64,000 nt of DNA from Epithemia pelagica (lineage: Eukaryota > Protista > Bacillariophyta): the NCBI GenBank assembly GCA_946965045.2, contig OX337236.1, forward strand, positions 2,852,001-2,916,000. Reading direction: 5' to 3'. This document shows, one piece after another, positions 11,101 to 21,470 of the stretch. Each line of letters opens with the position of its first letter. The stretch's first letter is position 1. The translations under genes and the position numbers were made by a program. The notes under the pieces are model-generated. The model ran no database searches. It saw only the letters and a program-made list of their open reading frames with translations, and was not told the origin of the DNA.

Positions 11101-13335
11101 GATGCGCACGAACAAGACAGTAACGATTCGACCTATGATGATGCTTTGGAGGATGTTGTGATGGATATGGATGCTGATGAGGATGATGAGGGAAGGGAGC
11201 TAGCCGGTGGAGTAGAGGAGGAGAACGAAGAAGAAGCATCTCTCACAGATGAGGACTTAGGGATGGATGTAAATCCTGAACAGGAGAACAACAACCAACC
11301 CGAAAATGAACCCCGATACAATTTACGACCGAATCGACAAAGAAGCTATGCCCACCGTTACGGACATTCTTATGCCGCAGTGGACAAGCTTCAGCGTGGA
11401 CGATACGATGGCTATTTGCGAGATGGAATCCTGTATTTGGTGTCAACGGAAATCAATATGGCCACACCACAAATGCCAATGAAAAAAGGCATCAAGTTGT
11501 TCGGTGATAAAGGCGTGGCGGCTGTGAAAGTGGAGATACAGCAGTTACACGACCGCGGTGTTCTACGGGCTGTTCATAAAACTGATCTAACTTGGAACCA
11601 AGTGCAAGAAGCGTTAGGATACTTGATGTTCCTAAAACGCAAGCGCTGTGGCAAAATCAAAGGAAGAGGCTGCGCTGACGGGAGAAAGCAAAGAGCTTAT
11701 ATTGACAAACCCGAATCGGCATCACCCACAGTTGCTACTGAATCCGTTTTCATCACTGCTGTGATTGACGCTCTAGAACGACGCGTGGTTGCAGTAGCTG
11801 ATATACCAGGGGCATTCATGCACTCCGACATGGACCCCGACGTATATATGCGACTAGATGGGTTGATGGCTGAGCTGTTGCTGGAAGTGGATTATGACAC
11901 CTACGCTCCTTTCTTGACCTATGAGAAGGGTCAACCGGTGATTTATGTGGAGATGCTAAAAGCTCTTTACGGCACGCTTCGTGCCGCTCGTTTGTTTTGG
12001 GAGAAGCTTACCGCCGTGCTCAAGAGTTGGGGATTTGTTATCAATCCATATGACTCGTGTGTTGCAAACAAACAAGTAAACGATCGACAGCTCACTGTGA
12101 CGTGGCATATTGACGATTTAAAAGTCTCGCACGTTGATGGCAAGGTAGTTCATCAATTTTTGGATGACCTACGAGCGGAGTTCGGACAGTTGAGCGAGAT
12201 CTCAGTATCTGAGGGTACTCGACACGATTACCTTGGCATGTTCCTCGACTATGGGGAAGATGGTGTGGTTCAAGTGGATATGAGATCGTATCTTGAGACC
12301 ATCCTACTTGACTTACCAAAAGAATGGATCGGTCGAGCCCGTAGTCCCGCAGCCAAACACCTTTATCATGTGAACCCAATGGCTCACAAGCTGGATGAAA
12401 CAAAATCAGACCGGTTCCACAGTGTGACCATGCAACTCGCTTACATGGCACAACGTGGTCGCCCTGATATACGGACTGCCGTAACTTTTCTCAGCACCCG
12501 TGTCATGGCTCCTGATGATGATGACTACCGCAAACTCGGACGGGTTCTGAAGTATTTACAATCCACACGCGATTTGATCCTGCGTCTAGAAGGTGACCCA
12601 ATGATGCATCTGTGGTGGTGGGTTGACGCATCTTATGCGACTCACCCCGATCTAAAAGGACACACTGGGGGTTTCATGACCATGGGAAAAGGAGCAGTGG
12701 TGACAGCTTCATCGAAACAAAAACTCGTGGCCCGTAGTTCAACTGAATGTGAACTCATTGGGGTACACGATGTACTCCCGTCTATCATCTGGACCAAGAA
12801 TTTCATACAGGCCCAAGGCCATGAGATCAAGGACGTAACCCTACATCAAGACAATCAGAGTAGTATTCTATTGGCGAAAAATGGACGGCTATCCAGTTCG
12901 AAGCGAACCAAACATATCAACCTTCGCTACTTTTATATCACAGACTGCATCAAGCGCAAAGAGATGGATATTGCATTCTGTCCGACTGAAGAGATGGTCG
13001 CCGATTTTTTTACCAAGCCATTACAAGGTCGCATCTTCTACCAATTGCGTGATATCATCATGAATGTACCATCGGATAGTAAATATCATTCCTCGGCACA
13101 AAGGAGTGTGTTGAGGATAGCAGAGCAACCGGTGAATATAGAGGACCAAGGTGCGACTGGTGCGACTGGCCATTCGCAAGATATAGGCCATTCGCAAGAT
13201 GCGGAATCATGGACATTGGTTTGTAGACGTGGCAAAAGCAACGAAAGAACGAACAAGAGAGCCAACGCTCATTCAATGGAGAATACGTATTTCGATAAGC
13301 CTATAAAGAGTTGCTTTTACGGCACGGCTTGTTAG
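8170..13335 (+). CDS. Gag-Pol polyprotein (Ty1/copia)
   Basis: Intact 1721-aa ORF. Protease WLLLDNQST; integrase TIDVMHVN / LADGAF / VERYIRTVKE; RT FLKRKRCGKIKGRGCADG, DIPGAF, LKALYG, WHIDDL; RNase H VDASYA..SSTECE..QDNQS..RTKHI..ADFFTKPL. Confidence 0.97.
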   Translation: MSQQDNANRPDTVESSSRSSGQRQGRGGRGRGRGWQNQAQQSNSPRFQGQEPSLKECIFDYSEDPQSKRYLRNVELLIGYVGSNFDRHNQEFQQALEALELPDPEEATKPKDPTDMIQVEEWKMAYKARQDQMVLYKNFRAALYSLIMGQCTPLLKDKLQAHETFGEIKKMRDGVDLLKLIKQITFTFDSGRIFTLVARDKLKEDFYSLRRRNNQSLHSYYEVFRAKVKVMNEAGIVLYDKDMLERVAKEKKHTTPSSDDHEDAQNRCIAIRFIRSCGNKEYEAHLQNMFLDGQNVYPKTLANARAILDNRMTGKPKNNPGQSSGQPDNATGVAYVTSGETSLPDSTMTGHSNATTATGAHASGSQASTTQSRSNRTNSQAEGNNESNRGVLTSSNRGSIVNCDSPDYVFSSSTMQASIPPQWLLLDNQSTVDIIKDPSLLKNIHSSETPIVIQSHAGQRTLQLRGLLPGYGIVWHDPEGPANIISLNNAHTRFHIKYDSDRGNSFALHDRATGRLKHKFNPSPEGLFYLDTSTLQSSFVTTVSENEESYSPEEIRRAKLARSLLAKIGRPSTKDYLHILRHNLLPNANITTDDVHRAEKIYGPDLGTLKGKTTRRKSPFVDTSTTVPPRIAEKHKDVTLTIDVMHVNNIPFLVTTSRKIHFGTIDAIQSTTDTNIIQSLKKTVAVYRRGGIRPRIVLADGAFTSDDMQASLQLLGITINPTARDEHVGDVERYIRTVKERMRCVYNTLPFDALPKVMLIELAKFATFWLNCFPHHTGISKTQSPRLLVTGEHVDFNKHCRYEFGQYVQCHEQHDNTMAPRTIGAIALRPTGNRQGSYYFLSLTSGRVITRNHATALPMPAEVIQRVHQLAQSQEMQPGLAFGNRDNRILFLDENNELFDDDDESYEDVQDMDEDLRYDDDLVENELAEDDVPDVENVINEPEPNQPLDNLDLEPLEIQGVGAEANLPDPVDNEQYHDAHEQDSNDSTYDDALEDVVMDMDADEDDEGRELAGGVEEENEEEASLTDEDLGMDVNPEQENNNQPENEPRYNLRPNRQRSYAHRYGHSYAAVDKLQRGRYDGYLRDGILYLVSTEINMATPQMPMKKGIKLFGDKGVAAVKVEIQQLHDRGVLRAVHKTDLTWNQVQEALGYLMFLKRKRCGKIKGRGCADGRKQRAYIDKPESASPTVATESVFITAVIDALERRVVAVADIPGAFMHSDMDPDVYMRLDGLMAELLLEVDYDTYAPFLTYEKGQPVIYVEMLKALYGTLRAARLFWEKLTAVLKSWGFVINPYDSCVANKQVNDRQLTVTWHIDDLKVSHVDGKVVHQFLDDLRAEFGQLSEISVSEGTRHDYLGMFLDYGEDGVVQVDMRSYLETILLDLPKEWIGRARSPAAKHLYHVNPMAHKLDETKSDRFHSVTMQLAYMAQRGRPDIRTAVTFLSTRVMAPDDDDYRKLGRVLKYLQSTRDLILRLEGDPMMHLWWWVDASYATHPDLKGHTGGFMTMGKGAVVTASSKQKLVARSSTECELIGVHDVLPSIIWTKNFIQAQGHEIKDVTLHQDNQSSILLAKNGRLSSSKRTKHINLRYFYITDCIKRKEMDIAFCPTEEMVADFFTKPLQGRIFYQLRDIIMNVPSDSKYHSSAQRSVLRIAEQPVNIEDQGATGATGHSQDIGHSQDAESWTLVCRRGKSNERTNKRANAHSMENTYFDKPIKSCFYGTAC
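13100..13108 (+). promoter_or_regulatory. Polypurine tract
   Basis: AAAGGAGTG immediately before TGTTG, within the usual copia SVL-coding junction. Confidence 0.65.
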
Positions 13336-13345
13336 AAGTTTTAAC
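13109..13345 (+). repeat. 3' LTR, copy 1 (237 bp, terminal A missing)
   Basis: Starts TGTTGAGG after the PPT and ends TTTTAAC. Contains internal direct repeats GGTGCGACT x2 and GGCCATTCGCAAGAT x2. Confidence 0.85.
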
Positions 13346-13350
13346 TGCTA

Positions 13351-13568
13351 CCGGTGAATATAGAGGACCAAGGTGCGACTGGTGCGACTGGCCATTCGCA
13401 AGATATAGGCCATTCGCAAGATGCGGAATCATGGACATTGGTTTGTAGACGTGGCAAAAGCAACGAAAGAACGAACAAGAGAGCCAACGCTCATTCAATG
13501 GAGAATACGTATTTCGATAAGCCTATAAAGAGTTGCTTTTACGGCACGGCTTGTTAGAAGTTTTAACA
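13351..13568 (+). repeat. 3' LTR, copy 2 (lacks the first 20 bp)
   Basis: 13351-13567 repeats 13129-13345 with a 222-bp period, separated by TGCTA. Ends in AACA followed by the TSD. Confidence 0.9.
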
Positions 13569-14945
13569 TGGAACATGCGCACATGCAGGGACTGGACCTT
13601 TATGCATCCATCACTGGCCCTTCATGATTTGCCCCGCATACCTTACTCAAGGTGAAGGAGGGTGGACTCGTTTTTCAGTGCGGAAGGATCAAGGTGGATT
13701 CTGACTCTATGATTCGCACGACGAAGAGGTGATGTCATTTCGAATGATTCATCCTTTCGTAATACGTACACGGCCAACGCTGTCAGAACTCTTGCTCTCC
13801 CTCTCAACGACCAACGGATGTCATTTGACAGGATGATGATTGTGTGCGAACTTTTGTTGATCTCTGCTCCAGAGGAACATTTGATCTTGGTTGGTAATGG
13901 GGCCGCCATGATCCAGCGACACTGACCTTGCATGCAGAAGAAGGAAGGCTGACTTTTCATTGCGGTAATCTCTGACTCTCTCTAGAGTACTACTACGAAA
14001 CGAAGATTCCAGTCCAAATCCATTCATCCGGTCTTTGGGAAACGCACGTCCCACACGGTGCGCCGCCCTTCCATGGACGCTTCTTTGGTGGACCAAGCTT
14101 CAGCTCTGCCACTCCAAAGAGTGGTGAGTGTCAGGGATCCATGGTGTTCCACTGGAAAGAGATACGACCGTCTGAATCTCTGGTAGAGAGCATATTTCGG
14201 GACTCGATTGCAACGCATCTTCACCCTGATCTTGTATTTGTGTATGTGTCTATCAAATCTCGTCGACTGTCAGGCCCTTGTACAACCGAGTGACAAGCGT
14301 TCCCGTATCCAGTATCATTTCGAATGAAACGACTTCCAAGTCCAATTGCGGTGGCCGTATCGAACTGCTTGAATTCGTATTCCTGGCCTTTTCATTGGAC
14401 GCAAAACACGGCTTCATTTCTTCCATACCCAAAATTGGGTCCATTATAATATCTAGGTCACCAACAAAAACAAATGACCACCAGCAAGCGCAAGACGAAG
14501 GGTCTGACTGCTGTCCACTTCAGAAGGGAGGTAATTATTTGATTCACTGGTATTCTTGCATCTTGACTGTCCCCATTGAAGTCTCGTCCTTTTTCTGATT
14601 CCCGTTGTCATTGTGACAAACTTGTAAAAATTCGATAAAATTTTACGATCGAATGTATAATTTTTTATATCAAAAGTTCTCTAGAAAGAGATACGGATCG
14701 AGAGAGACGCCACGCGCGGTCATGTGGCCGTTTTGGTCTTGATCCACATATCTTGGTCTTGATACGCCGGCGGGACTCGTTTTTTCGTACGCAAACTTTT
14801 GTGCTCATGTTTTGAGAGTTTTCAACGGTTCCGTTCAACGGTTCTGTCGTTCCATTTGCAGGCATCTCTCTTTTTTGTGTGCCATTCTTTTTTGGTGAAG
14901 ACTCGCGGTTTGCAATCCATCCACTTGAAACCAAGAAACAAGAGA

Positions 14946-15567
14946 ATGGTAGTACGATTGGCTCTGTTGTTCAGCAGTCGTCCAGGAGGAGGATTCCTAC
15001 CATCCGTGAGAATCCTGGTCGTTGGGGTGATTGCTTGTTTGGCAGTCTTGCAACTCCATCACTTTGATTCCTGGCATGCCGCAAGCACACAACAACGGCG
15101 ACAAGAACAACAACAAGGCCAACAACAACAAGGCCGACACAATCCTGACGACAACGACCACAACGACAACAACGACCAAGCAGTACAGCCATCCTCCTCG
15201 CCACTACCACCACAATCACCACCAGTAACACCACCAGTAACACCACCCCTCCAGCGCCGGGGTGTGGTGTTCTTTTTACACATTCCCAAAACTGGTGGCA
15301 CCACCATTCGCAATGTGACCAAAAGTTTTATCTTGCAGTCTCACGGACAAGTCCAGCGTCGTCGGATCCGAGATCCCAAGCAATGGATGGCCATGAAACG
15401 GCAGGTCCAACTCTTCTTGAAGCAACCACCACCGCCACAGTCACGAAACTATCCACAACCACAAGTCATGTTTTGGGAATTGCATGGGACCATTCCCGGA
15501 CTGATTGAGGTGACTGCCTTTGTTCGACAGTGTCGCCAATGGGCCTCTCAATCATTTCAACAACAAC

Positions 15568-15599
<32 letters not shown>

Positions 15600-16337
15600 C
15601 AAAAAGAAGAACAAGAGCCCGAGCCTTTTGTGTTTGCCTTTACCGTGGTACGGGATCCGGAATCCTTTCACATTTCCTACTTTCAATACTTTCATGTCCG
15701 GTGTCCCTATGCCAAGTGGTGCGAAACGCCGCAGTACCTCCAGGCCACACCGGGCAATTTTCAAGCGTCCATGCGGTCCAATCACGAGTTGCAATTGTTG
15801 TGGTATGGACAATACGAAACCAAGCAACGCCATCCCCAGGGTCAACGACCCGTCATTTCCAATACCGACCAGGGTATTTTGCAACAAACCCAACAACTCT
15901 TGCACAACGAGTGGGATTGGGTCGGAACCATTGACACCATTAATAGCCACACACTCCCACGATTGATGCGAGTCTTGCAACAACCAGCGCACCCTTCCCC
16001 TTGTCCCAACCACACCCACACCCACATGCACGATACAGTACTATTGACACGCAATTCCACCACCACTACTACGTCGACGGCCCTTGTACCAGCCGTGTGG
16101 GATCCCTCCTGGACGACCCTTCGAACCAATGTTCGTGCCCCCACAGCCTTGAACTGGGTCACACCCCAAATACGACAATTCATTCGCGACCACGCACCAT
16201 TGGATCAGGAATTGTATCAATGGGCCCAAACACGACAACAAGAACAACAACAACAACAATGGTGGAGGTGGGACACGAACCACCACCACTTTAACGACTG
16301 TTCCAACACGAGCACCACCAGCCGCCGCAGAACATAA
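14946..16337 (+). CDS. Golgi-type sulfotransferase family protein
   Basis: N-terminal TM anchor, PAPS-binding VFFLHIPKTGGTTIR and FTVVRDP..HISYFQY. ATG at 14946 preferred over the 14799 ORF start. Confidence 0.85.
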
Positions 16338-16683
16338 TTCATTCCTATCTCTAATAATGGACGGAGGACAAGTGCGTGGCTATTTTGGTTTGGTTTGTTG
16401 GTATGGGAGCCGTACCGTAACTACTTGCGGGATGCCGTGACAAACCTATTGACAGAGGACACTCACGATGCTGTTCTCCTTGTGATGGTTGTGAGCAAGA
16501 ATACGAAATCCTGTTCCAACCGTCACATGCTCGAACCCAAGAAGAACAAGTAGACGGATCCTGAATGAATAAATGGAAAAAGACACGTAAACAACAGACA
16601 CTAGACAGGACTGACTGACATCATGGACAGTCCGTGACAACGCTTCAAGACACTGTCATAAGAATAGTTCCATCATCGTTTCA

Positions 16684-17194
16684 ATTCATTCGGGTGATTC
16701 TCCCAGAGAAGCAGCCTCCAGGAGCATGCATGCTAAAAACCTACGTACTGCCGACTCCGGGAAATGGAGGATCACGACAACCAGGGAACGGCAACTACAT
16801 GGGAGGAGCGAAAATGATACTGTGTGTGCGCGTGTTGATTCGTGCTGTATTTCTATTTCAACATGTAACATATGGAAGGCAAACATGATGGGTAGCAGCA
16901 GAGTGTGTGCTGTCGAGTGGAAAAGGGTTCCATACTTTTGCTTGGCAAGGCCTCTCGGGTGGTGGATGCATCCATCCAACCGAGCTTCGTCTAGCGGAAA
17001 CGAACTGGCACAGAGCCAACTCCGTTCGCTGGAAGGCTTGTCAAAACGGATCGTGTCGTCCTTGTTGTGTCTTGTGGCGGACACTCCTGAAGAAGGAATC
17101 TCCAAGCTAAGAACAACAACCTGGCAAAAAAACACAAGGGACACTCGTGACGAGGGCGGCTGTCCAGGCGATCCTTGGGGAGGCGGCGGCGGCG
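16684..17194. repeat. Diverged direct duplicate of 40192-40780 (3' end and downstream region of the KH gene)
   Basis: Shared blocks such as GGTGATTCTCCCAGAGAAGCAGCCTCCAGGAGCATGCATGCTAA and GGCGGCTGTCCAGGCGATCCTTGGGGAGGCGGCGGCGGCG (minus strand encodes PPPPPQGSPGQPPS), with indels between them. Confidence 0.88.
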
Positions 17195-17466
17195 TCGTAG
17201 AACTTGGTCGATGGAAAGTTACTGGGAAAGGATGAACCGCAGACAAGGTGTCAGCAGCGCTATGGGTTCAACGATTTGGACACGTTCATGGATAAAAGTT
17301 CGGGCTAGGCTCCAAACGACAGAACCAATCCGAACCCGTTGAGCAACAGGATTGGGGAAGATGCATTTGAAGCTCCGCAGAACCAGTAGTAAAGGAATAA
17401 AGCTTAGTCATCACTCATTAAGACCAAGTGACGATGAGGGACTTACTACAATACAGCTCTGTGTTC

Positions 17467-17920
17467 TCATCGAGTCAAAGACTCCTCGTCGTCATCGTCA
17501 GGTTTCTTTATTTTCGAATCATCACTGCCATGACGGGTGCAAAAGAACGTATGGGAATGATCGCCATACAATGATGATGTCAACTCATCAAACGCATCAT
17601 CCATTTGTACGATTTGACGCCATTGCTTGAGTTTCGAATGCTCCTTTCTGTTGGTCCACATCATTCTCATCCAAACAATGCCGAACACAGTCAACCCAGT
17701 AAATGAAGAAAGAACCATGTAGAGCGAAATCAAATCTTCACTTGGACATCCTTCCATCAGATCTTCCACGCCTGGCACTATACACCATAAATAAAATCGT
17801 GGAAACAAGTATCGAAGTTCTTTGACTCCACTAACACCAGATCCCGGACTAAAGGTCGTACTGAAGAAGATCATGGACAAAAATGGCACTGCAGAAAGCA
17901 GCTCACAAGTGATCAGATCC
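17467..17920 (-). pseudogene. ABC transporter pseudogene, piece 4 of 4 (end of second TMD, C-terminus)
   Basis: DLITCELLSAVPFLSMIFFSTTFSPGSGVSGVKELRYLFPRFYLW parallels module 1 (LFSTTFSPGSGFDGVKGLRYLFPRFYL at about 38300). Confidence 0.85.
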
Positions 17921-18019
17921 TACCCCCAAGTAGGGGTAAGTGGTCGCATGTGTGTCGTGCTTTTGGTGTGCAAACTCTTACTCACCCCCAAGGCGCGACC
18001 TCTGCGCTCCCAGTACTGA

Positions 18020-19816
18020 CACCCAAAAGCAGCAGAACTGACAACCGGTACCCGTTTCTTGGGACAACCCATTGGATCACCAACGTTTGCACAAACATTC
18101 ATCGAACAACGGCTCCACAACATGGAGAGCAACCTTGACAAACTAAACCAAATGGACGACCTCCAAACCCGAAGCTCCCTCTTCCGCTATCCCTTCATCC
18201 CCGCCATTCTGCACCTGCTCCCAGCAGACATTGTCCAGGCCCACCCATGCCCCAACCAGCGATCCACACTCTGGAACAGTCCAGTCACGACAAAAACAAA
18301 CCGGTTGATTGCCAAATTCATCGCCAACCTCACATCAACCGTCGAAACCAACGTGACAGAACAATCGACCCTCATAGCGAGCCTTCCCAACCGACTCGGA
18401 GGATTGGGGTACCACAACGCCGCAGCGGCTGCATACCCCCGTCTCTTGACCCAAACAGCACGGGCTCTGCAACTAGCCCAATCCAAAGAATCCCCCATAC
18501 CAACCCACCACCAACAACAGTACCAAAACTGGGAACACAGCGAGGATCCAGCCATCATAGCCTTCCGAAGAGGCCTCTCCCTCTTCACCCACGAGTACGC
18601 CGACCAAACTCTCTACAAGCACGAACGGTATGACCACACAACACACAACAGACAAATCAACCACATCCTGCAAGAACACGTCATTCCAAAACTCATTGCA
18701 ACCACCACTCCGACAGAACGGGTTTTTCTTCCATCACTCTTGTCACCACTGACAAGCATGGCATTTCACTTACCACGCACAGCCGAACGCTTTTGACTCG
18801 ACAACCAAATATTTAGAACAGCTATACGGCGGAAACTGCGGTTGCCGCTCTTCCACTCCGACGCCGGCGGCCGTTGTCGCTGCAACAAAGATTTGGACAA
18901 AGAAGGGGACCACCTCTTCCACTGCAACCAAGCATCAAAAACAGCGCTATCGAACGCGGTACGCGACACCCTCTTCGACATTCTTCGGCAAGCCGCACCG
19001 GCAGCAAAAACAGTCGATTCCCCCCACGACGTCCACATCGAACCGCCGGGCCTTGTGCCTCTACACAACCGCAATATCCGTCCGGCAGACGTCGGGCTGC
19101 ACCTTACCCAGCCCCACAACAATGAGCCATTCCAATACGCCGCGATCGACGTAACCATACCACCTCCACAGTCCCGAACACCCCTTCAAGAACCGTCCGA
19201 CCACACTGCCATCGCAAAACTTGCATCAAGGACGCACAACGAAGCGGCCAGAGCCAAATATTGTAGAGACCCCACCACCGCCACCCATCTCCTTCACAAC
19301 GGAATTTACTTGATCCCTTTTACGGTTGACCACTTGGGGTCTCTGGGACACTTTGCCACCCGCCTGCTCTTCCATCAAGATCACCCACTGCCCTTCTCCA
19401 CCGCTGAACCACCGGACTGGAAAGATCCACACTTCGGAAAATCAACAACTCGAAGCAACCCACACCCAGCAGCATTTGCTCTGTACCAAAACGTCGAACA
19501 CTCCCCAGAGAACATTCTTGCCAAAGCAAACAAACATGTCCAACTCCACTATCCAGAAGCAAACATCTTCACCATGGCCCACTACGCCAAAGCATCCCTG
19601 GCTCATACCATTGTATCGTCCCTAGCTATACACGCTAACAACCAAATTGCGGCACACAGAGCACACACAACAGCACAAAGGTCGCGCACAACCCAGCTGG
19701 CAAACTTAGCCCGAACGGACTTCGCCCCGGTAACACCACTTTACTCCCCACGGCCTGTTGCAGATTTTCTCTCGCCGGGACCGGACGCCCCACTCCTCTG
19801 CTCGCTTGCCGCTTAG
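18020..19816 (+). mobile_element. 5'-truncated CRE-like non-LTR retrotransposon (RT tail plus restriction-like endonuclease)
   Basis: FLGQPIGS, LPNRLGGLG, RRKLRLP, CRCNKDLDKEGDHLFHC (zinc knuckle), RPADVG, AIDVTI, EAARAKY and PFTVDHLGSLG. ORFs 18059-18796 and 18842-19816 share a frame and are split by one TGA. The RT core is absent. Confidence 0.8.
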
Positions 19817-20159
19817 GAGTTCCACAATACATAGACCGGTAAAATAACATATAAAGGCATACACTAGCAAACCTCCAAACCACCAACTGCATTCATCGCG
19901 GCAATGGAGATATGGAGCCGTGCTTAGGGATCCTACAATGTCTTCTTCGTCGCACAAACGCCGTCGCATTTCCCAGAAATCAATTAGGAAGCTACATGCT
20001 TCCCGCGGCATGGCCATTCCTCCTGCATCCGAAGCAAAACAAGAATCAAGTGATCCTATCGCCGACATGGCATCTCACCTTTCTTATTGTCACGTGTTGC
20101 ATTGAATGGATCAATGGACATTGAAACCACTCACCAAACATTGGACTTCTCTACAGATC

Positions 20160-21470
20160 ACTTAAGCTTGTCGACCTGCATAACGCATGGCCGAACAGCC
20201 ATTAGTCTCATCATGCCACAGTAGGAGCATTTACTTGTCCTTTCAATTGACACAACTGACAAATGTTGTGATACGAGACATTTCTACTCATAAACATTGC
20301 TAATTTGATTTTGTTGAGACCCTTCTTGCTATTCCTGTCGTCATCCATCCACTCCATTTTCATTTCTTCGCTTACATGAAACATGTCCAAATCATCGTCC
20401 ATAAAGCTGCACACGGAGGCTCCCAAATCAGAGCTAGCAAAAGCCGAGAAAAGCGCCCAGACGGTGGGAAACGACGTGAAGGTTCCAGCATCTCGTCCCA
20501 TAGGACCACAAATGGCAGTTTCCCAATCACAGAGAATCACATTTCCACTCGGTCCAAACACATTTCGTAGTCATTTTCAGTAGTTTTACATTTTGTTTCG
20601 ACCAAAATGTTAAACGGATGGCTGTCTCTATGACAGAGTGACTCTCTCACTTCCATGATCTGATGAGAATATCTGTCTACCACATTGTCAAAGGTTCATT
20701 GTCCCACTTCCTTGAGTAAGTTCATCAAGGCATCACAGTCTTCGTCCAGAGACATGGTGGGTTTGGTGAAATGAAGTTTTACCATGGAACAGACAGACAA
20801 AAGGGCGCTTCGCCCACTGTCGTTCCATTCTTGGTCCACTCCGGTAAGATTGAGAATGGCAAAAGCCTCGGCCGCCTTGTGCACAATTCTCTCACCTACT
20901 TCCGCATCGATAAACTGACTGGCCCATTGTTCTTCCATGTTGGTTGCCCAGCACTTGGCCAACATGAACTTAGCATCATCCTCCACCTCCAAGACACAGA
21001 ACAAGTAGGACGAGACAACTGGAAACGGAGCGGCGTCTGCTTCGTAGCCAATTTGATCGAGCTTTTGTAGGGTTTTGTATTCACTCAGGGCACGTTCGAT
21101 GTCAAACTCAAAGTTGTGATCCTTATCCCAAATGGTGTGTGGAAGATACAGCTTGGTACAAATGACAAGGTCGTCTACTGCATCCTCATCCTGTTCCTCT
21201 CCTTCGTTAGTACTATCAGTCTTCGAACCAAACACTTTGTAGTGGGGAAGGGTGGTGGTACTTGGTGTGTTACTGGGGACTCTTGTAGGGCTTTCCGGCG
21301 CAACTGCCGTCTTCGTAGGTTCTTGTGAGGGAAGAGGAATGGTGTGGACGTCTTGGAAGGAGGTGCAAAGGTGCTTGGGTAACGATATGACGACAACCAG
21401 ATTTGCTCCGTAGTGGTTGTATGGGTGGGTGTTTGGTGTTTGTGTCAGGACTGGGAAATCGCCACTTTTT
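20160..21470 (-). pseudogene. Decayed APH/choline/methylthioribose-kinase-like phosphotransferase
   Basis: HRDSHPFNILV (catalytic HxDxxxxN) near 20630, VILCDWE and GPMGRDAG downstream, and an N-lobe ORF at 20696-21532. Broken by stops and frameshifts. Confidence 0.6.

Larger units (their letters stand above)
7389..13568 (+). mobile_element. Ty1/copia LTR retrotransposon (CoDi-like) with truncated 5' LTR and duplicated 3' LTR
   Basis: Domain order gag-PR-IN-RT-RH in one ORF. The LTR runs TGTTG...TAACA, and a 5-bp TSD TGGAA lies at 7384-7388 and 13569-13573. Confidence 0.93.
6900..14450 (-). pseudogene. Degenerate ORF with an internal repeat, interrupted by the copia insertion (host parts about 6900-7388 and 13569-14450)
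   Basis: Joining the flanks at one TGGAA copy gives a continuous minus-strand frame (..LHVRMFHDISWSFL..RVRIHLSEFDPS) that echoes an upstream repeat (..SNDIRWSL..RVRIHLDPS). Several stops are present and the family is not recognised. Confidence 0.4.

Noticed and set aside
13354-13557. 67-aa ORF as a separate gene
   Set aside because: It is the Pol C-terminal tail repeated in the second LTR copy.
13109-13568. CRISPR-like or satellite array
   Set aside because: Just two LTR copies with short internal repeats; no repeat-spacer structure and no cas genes.
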